From contig CAXXJS010000050.1 in assembly GCA_963662665.2 (NCBI GenBank), forward strand, positions 64,001 through 128,000: a DNA stretch of 64,000 bases, written 5' to 3'. Source of the DNA: Candidatus Latescibacterota bacterium. Lineage in GTDB: Bacteria > Latescibacterota > UBA2968 > GCA-2709665. Below are positions 60,889 through 64,000 of this stretch, piece by piece (the first letter of the stretch is position 1; each line of letters begins with the position of its first letter). Under the pieces are notes generated by a model. It worked only from the letters and a program-made list of their open reading frames with translations. It did not search any database and was not told the origin of the DNA. Position numbers and translations under genes: made by a program.

Positions 60889-61083
60889 TCAGTTAGGAAG
60901 CAGGCGTTTTACACGGTCCTCGTCGGATTTGTGTACCTCGGTGGGTTTGCGCAGATGCATCTTGCGTTTGCTGCTCTTGCTTGTCAGGTTATGCGTGACC
61001 GTTGACTTCTTGCGGCCGATCGAACCGGACTTCCGGCGCTTGAACCGTTTCGCTGCGCCCCGGTGGGTTTTCATTTTGGGCAC
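60889..61083 (-). CDS. rpmI: 50S ribosomal protein L35
   Basis: [13 protein letters not shown]; GTG start behind AAGGAG. Confidence 0.95.
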   Translation of the reverse strand: MPKMKTHRGAAKRFKRRKSGSIGRKKSTVTHNLTSKSSKRKMHLRKPTEVHKSDEDRVKRLLPN

Positions 61084-61215
61084 GTTAAACTCCTTGGCAA
61101 AATTCGTGGTTGCCATCCGAATGGAAACAGCAAACGAACAGTCCGGAGCAAAGAAACGGCGGGATTGAAATTCCCCATGCTCCCGCGTTCCTGCTCCAGG
61201 GGTTATCGGCGGATG

Positions 61216-61752
61216 CTATTTCGGCGCGATGATGATAATGATGTTGCGGCCTTCGTCTTTGATGGGTAATTCGGCCACGCCGGCATCCTGAAGGTCGTCG
61301 ATCGCGCGTTCGAGAAGCACCCTGCCCTGCGCGCGGTACATATTCTGACGACCGCGAAATTCCACGGAAATCCTGACTTTGTGGCGGTGCTTTAAAAAGT
61401 TCTCGGCGTGGCGGATCTTGAATTCGTAATCGTGATCGCTGATTCTGGGACCCAGCCGGATCTCTTTCAGTTGCGACGCGGTTTTCTTGCCCTTTTTCTG
61501 TTTCTTGCTCTGTTCATACCGATACTTGCCGTAATTCATGATTCGGCATACGGGAGGTCGGGCGTTAGGCGCGACTTCGACCAGGTCGAGGTCGACCTCC
61601 ATTGCCATTTCAATTGCCCTGCCGGTTTCAACGATGCCGACCTGTTCGCCCTCGTTGTCGACCAGGCGAACCTGCGGAATGCGGATCTGCTCATTTACAC
61701 GAGGTGCTCTTTCCTGCTTTCGATCTCGAAAACCTCTTGGACCTCTGTTGAT
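61216..61752 (-). CDS. infC: Translation initiation factor IF-3 (probable ATC start)
   Basis: NEQIR, DLVEVAPNARPPVCRIMNYGKY, FRGR; GGAGGTG is spaced 6 nt from ATC at 61752. Confidence 0.95.
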   Translation of the reverse strand: MNRGPRGFRDRKQERAPRVNEQIRIPQVRLVDNEGEQVGIVETGRAIEMAMEVDLDLVEVAPNARPPVCRIMNYGKYRYEQSKKQKKGKKTASQLKEIRLGPRISDHDYEFKIRHAENFLKHRHKVRISVEFRGRQNMYRAQGRVLLERAIDDLQDAGVAELPIKDEGRNIIIIIAPK

Positions 61753-61812
61753 ACCTATCACCTCCGAATTTGATTCGAGCCGATGTTGGCCAAAATGGAG
61801 TATCGAGGGGGT

Positions 61813-63750
61813 TTACGCGACACTTTTCGTCTCTACCTCCTTTTGCATCCTGGCAATCAGGTCCGTAGTGGACATGCTTCCCAGGTCACCGGCGCCATGT
61901 CGGCGAACCGAGATGGATTGTGCGTCGAGTTCCTGCTTGCCCACGATGACCATGTATGGAATTTTCTGAACTTCCGCCTCGCGAATCTTGAAACCGAGTT
62001 TGGCGTCCTGGGGATCGACTTCGGCGCGGAGCCCCGCTCGTTTGAGATGGTTGGCAACCTCTCCGGCATAGTCGGCAAAGGGATCGGAAACCGGAAGCAC
62101 GACAACCTGCACCGGCGCGAGCCAGAGCGGGAAGTTTCCAGCGTAGTGTTCGATCAGGAGGCCGAAGAACCGCTCCACGGCGCCCAGGAGGGCTCGATGC
62201 ACCATGTAGGGCCGATGAAATTTTCCGTCGGAACCGACAAAACTCAGGTCGAATCTTTCAGGCAGATTGAAATCGAACTGAATCGTGGTACACTGCCATT
62301 CCCTGTTCAGGGCATCGTTGATGGTCACGTCGATCTTTGGCCCGTAAAAGGCGCCTGCGCCCTCGTCGATCCGGTAGGGCAGGCGCTGCCTGTCAACCGC
62401 ACGCTTGAGAGCGTCGGTGGCTCTCTCCCAGTCCGCCGGATCTCCAACCGACTTTCCCGGCCGGGTTGAGATATAGACGTTAAAATCCTCAAAACCGAAA
62501 GACTTGAGGATGAAAAGCGTGAAGTCGATAACCCGGGCGACTTCGTCTTCCACCTGGTCGGGACGACAGAAGATATGGGCGTCGTCCTGGGTGAATCCTC
62601 GCACCCGCAGCAGCCCGTGCAGCGTGCCGACCATTTCGTAGCGGTAGACGGTACCCAGTTCGGCCCAGCGAAAGGGAAGCTCGCGATAGCTTCGCCTTCG
62701 GGATTTGTAGATGAGGCTGTGGAAGGGACAATTCATCGGTTTGGCGAAATACGCCTGGCCGTCGATGTCCATTGGCGGGTACATGTTTTCCTGAAAGAAA
62801 TCCAGGTGTCCGCTGGTTTCCCAGAGCCTGGACCTGCCGAGATGGGGCGAACCGACCAGGTCGTAGCCGCCGCCGTAATGTGCTTCCCGCCAGAAATCTT
62901 CAATCTGATTCCTGATTCGGGCGCCTTTGGGGTGCCAGAGGACGAGACCCGGGCCGGCCGTATCGTTGATTGAGAAGAGGTCGAGGCGCGCGCCCAGGGT
63001 GCGGTGGTCTCGATTCCTGGCTTCTTCGAGGTACTCGAGATAGGCGTTGAGGTCCTTCTTGCCCGGAAAGGAGATACCGTAGATGCGCTGTAGCATCACG
63101 TTGTTTTCGTCCCCCCGCCAGTATGCGCCCGATGAACTCAGCAACTTGACCGCCCTGATGCGGCCGGTGTCCGGCACATGCGGCCCACGGCACAGGTCCA
63201 GCCATTTGTCTGCATTCTTGTAGATGCTGATGGTTTCGCCGGGTTCGATTTCCTCCAGGATTTCCAGTTTGTAGGTTTCACCGCGTTCCCCGAAGAGATT
63301 GATTGCGGCTTCCCTCGTGATTTCCTGGCGCTCGAATGGCTGGGCTTCCGCAATAAGCTCCCGCATGCGGACTTCGATCCGGTGCAATTCGTCCGGCGTG
63401 AACGGTTTTTCCCGGTCGAAGTCGTAGTAGAAACCACTCTCGATGGGCGGACCCAGCGTGACTTTGACGTCCGGAAACAGATCCTGCACCGCCTGTGCCA
63501 TAATATGTGCGGTGCTGTGCCAGTACACTTCTTTGCCTGCATCGCTGGAGAAGGTGAGGATTTCCAGTTCGACGTTGGCGTCCAGAGCACTCGTCAGATC
63601 AACCGCCCGGCCGTCGACCTTGCCGGCCAGCGCCGCGCGGGCAAGGCCGGAGCCGATGGATTCGGCCACCTGCAGGATGGTGACGCCGGCGCGGAAATCT
63701 TTCCGGGAGCCGTCTGGCAGGGTAACCGTTATGTTGCCGGTTTCAGGCAT
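61813..63750 (-). CDS. thrS: Threonine-tRNA ligase
   Basis: TGS domain, HSTAH, DLCRGPH, KPMNCP, AFYGPKID, HRALLG. Confidence 0.97.
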   Translation of the reverse strand: MPETGNITVTLPDGSRKDFRAGVTILQVAESIGSGLARAALAGKVDGRAVDLTSALDANVELEILTFSSDAGKEVYWHSTAHIMAQAVQDLFPDVKVTLGPPIESGFYYDFDREKPFTPDELHRIEVRMRELIAEAQPFERQEITREAAINLFGERGETYKLEILEEIEPGETISIYKNADKWLDLCRGPHVPDTGRIRAVKLLSSSGAYWRGDENNVMLQRIYGISFPGKKDLNAYLEYLEEARNRDHRTLGARLDLFSINDTAGPGLVLWHPKGARIRNQIEDFWREAHYGGGYDLVGSPHLGRSRLWETSGHLDFFQENMYPPMDIDGQAYFAKPMNCPFHSLIYKSRRRSYRELPFRWAELGTVYRYEMVGTLHGLLRVRGFTQDDAHIFCRPDQVEDEVARVIDFTLFILKSFGFEDFNVYISTRPGKSVGDPADWERATDALKRAVDRQRLPYRIDEGAGAFYGPKIDVTINDALNREWQCTTIQFDFNLPERFDLSFVGSDGKFHRPYMVHRALLGAVERFFGLLIEHYAGNFPLWLAPVQVVVLPVSDPFADYAGEVANHLKRAGLRAEVDPQDAKLGFKIREAEVQKIPYMVIVGKQELDAQSISVRRHGAGDLGSMSTTDLIARMQKEVETKSVA

Positions 63751-63800
63751 GTTATTCGACACTTCCCGGTATTGACGGGACAAATCGGCTGAGACGTTAA

Positions 63801-63989
63801 CCTCAATCGGAAAAAAAGCAACTCGGCAACGCGACGAAAACCCCTTAAACGGGGCGTAACGGTTGTCAAAAAGGACGTTTTTTCAGTTCACGTCCAGTGA
63901 CCTGGTGTATCCTGGTAATCAGCCGTCAAATCGCCTTTATCTACTTGCATATATTCGGTTTTACTTCCCCGAAGAATTGCGAATCAAGG
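63801..63989 (-). mobile_element. ~190-bp MITE, copy 2
   Basis: Reverse complement of 17203-17393 with scattered mismatches; ends CCTCAATC...GAATCAAGG flanked by a TTAA direct repeat. Confidence 0.82.
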
Positions 63990-64000
63990 TTAATGACGAT

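Overview
64-kb GC-rich chromosomal segment of a diderm bacterium (LptE-like lipoprotein, futalosine menaquinone genes; gene content suggests a Gemmatimonadota/Latescibacterota-like lineage, inference only). Most of it is housekeeping: pfk-gap-pgk, cysK, a coxSLMG-type molybdo-flavoprotein cluster, pheST, tRNA-Leu, mqnE/C/A, recN, nadK, xseAB, ymdB, rny, zapAB, rplT-rpmI-infC-thrS. The main candidate for an undescribed system is a ~6.6-kb lower-GC island (44.5-51.2 kb) that splits the mqnE-mqnC operon. It encodes a [PD-(D/E)xK-like + DGQHR + HEPN] protein, a radical SAM enzyme and a GHKL/Hsp90-like ATPase, preceded by a decayed methyltransferase/Mrr-type remnant, a small wHTH-like protein and an unannotated 32-aa membrane peptide. 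Other points: a CxxU AhpD-like selenoprotein split by the ORF caller; a Phe T-box controlling an archaeal-type PheRS that is absent from the usual rplT-zapB slot; two copies of a ~190-bp IS1380-like MITE with YTAA target duplications; a HAD-YvcK fusion; nested REP-like repeats around toxin-antitoxin genes; and a short hairpin at the usual 6S RNA position. All calls come from reading motifs by eye; no database searches were run.
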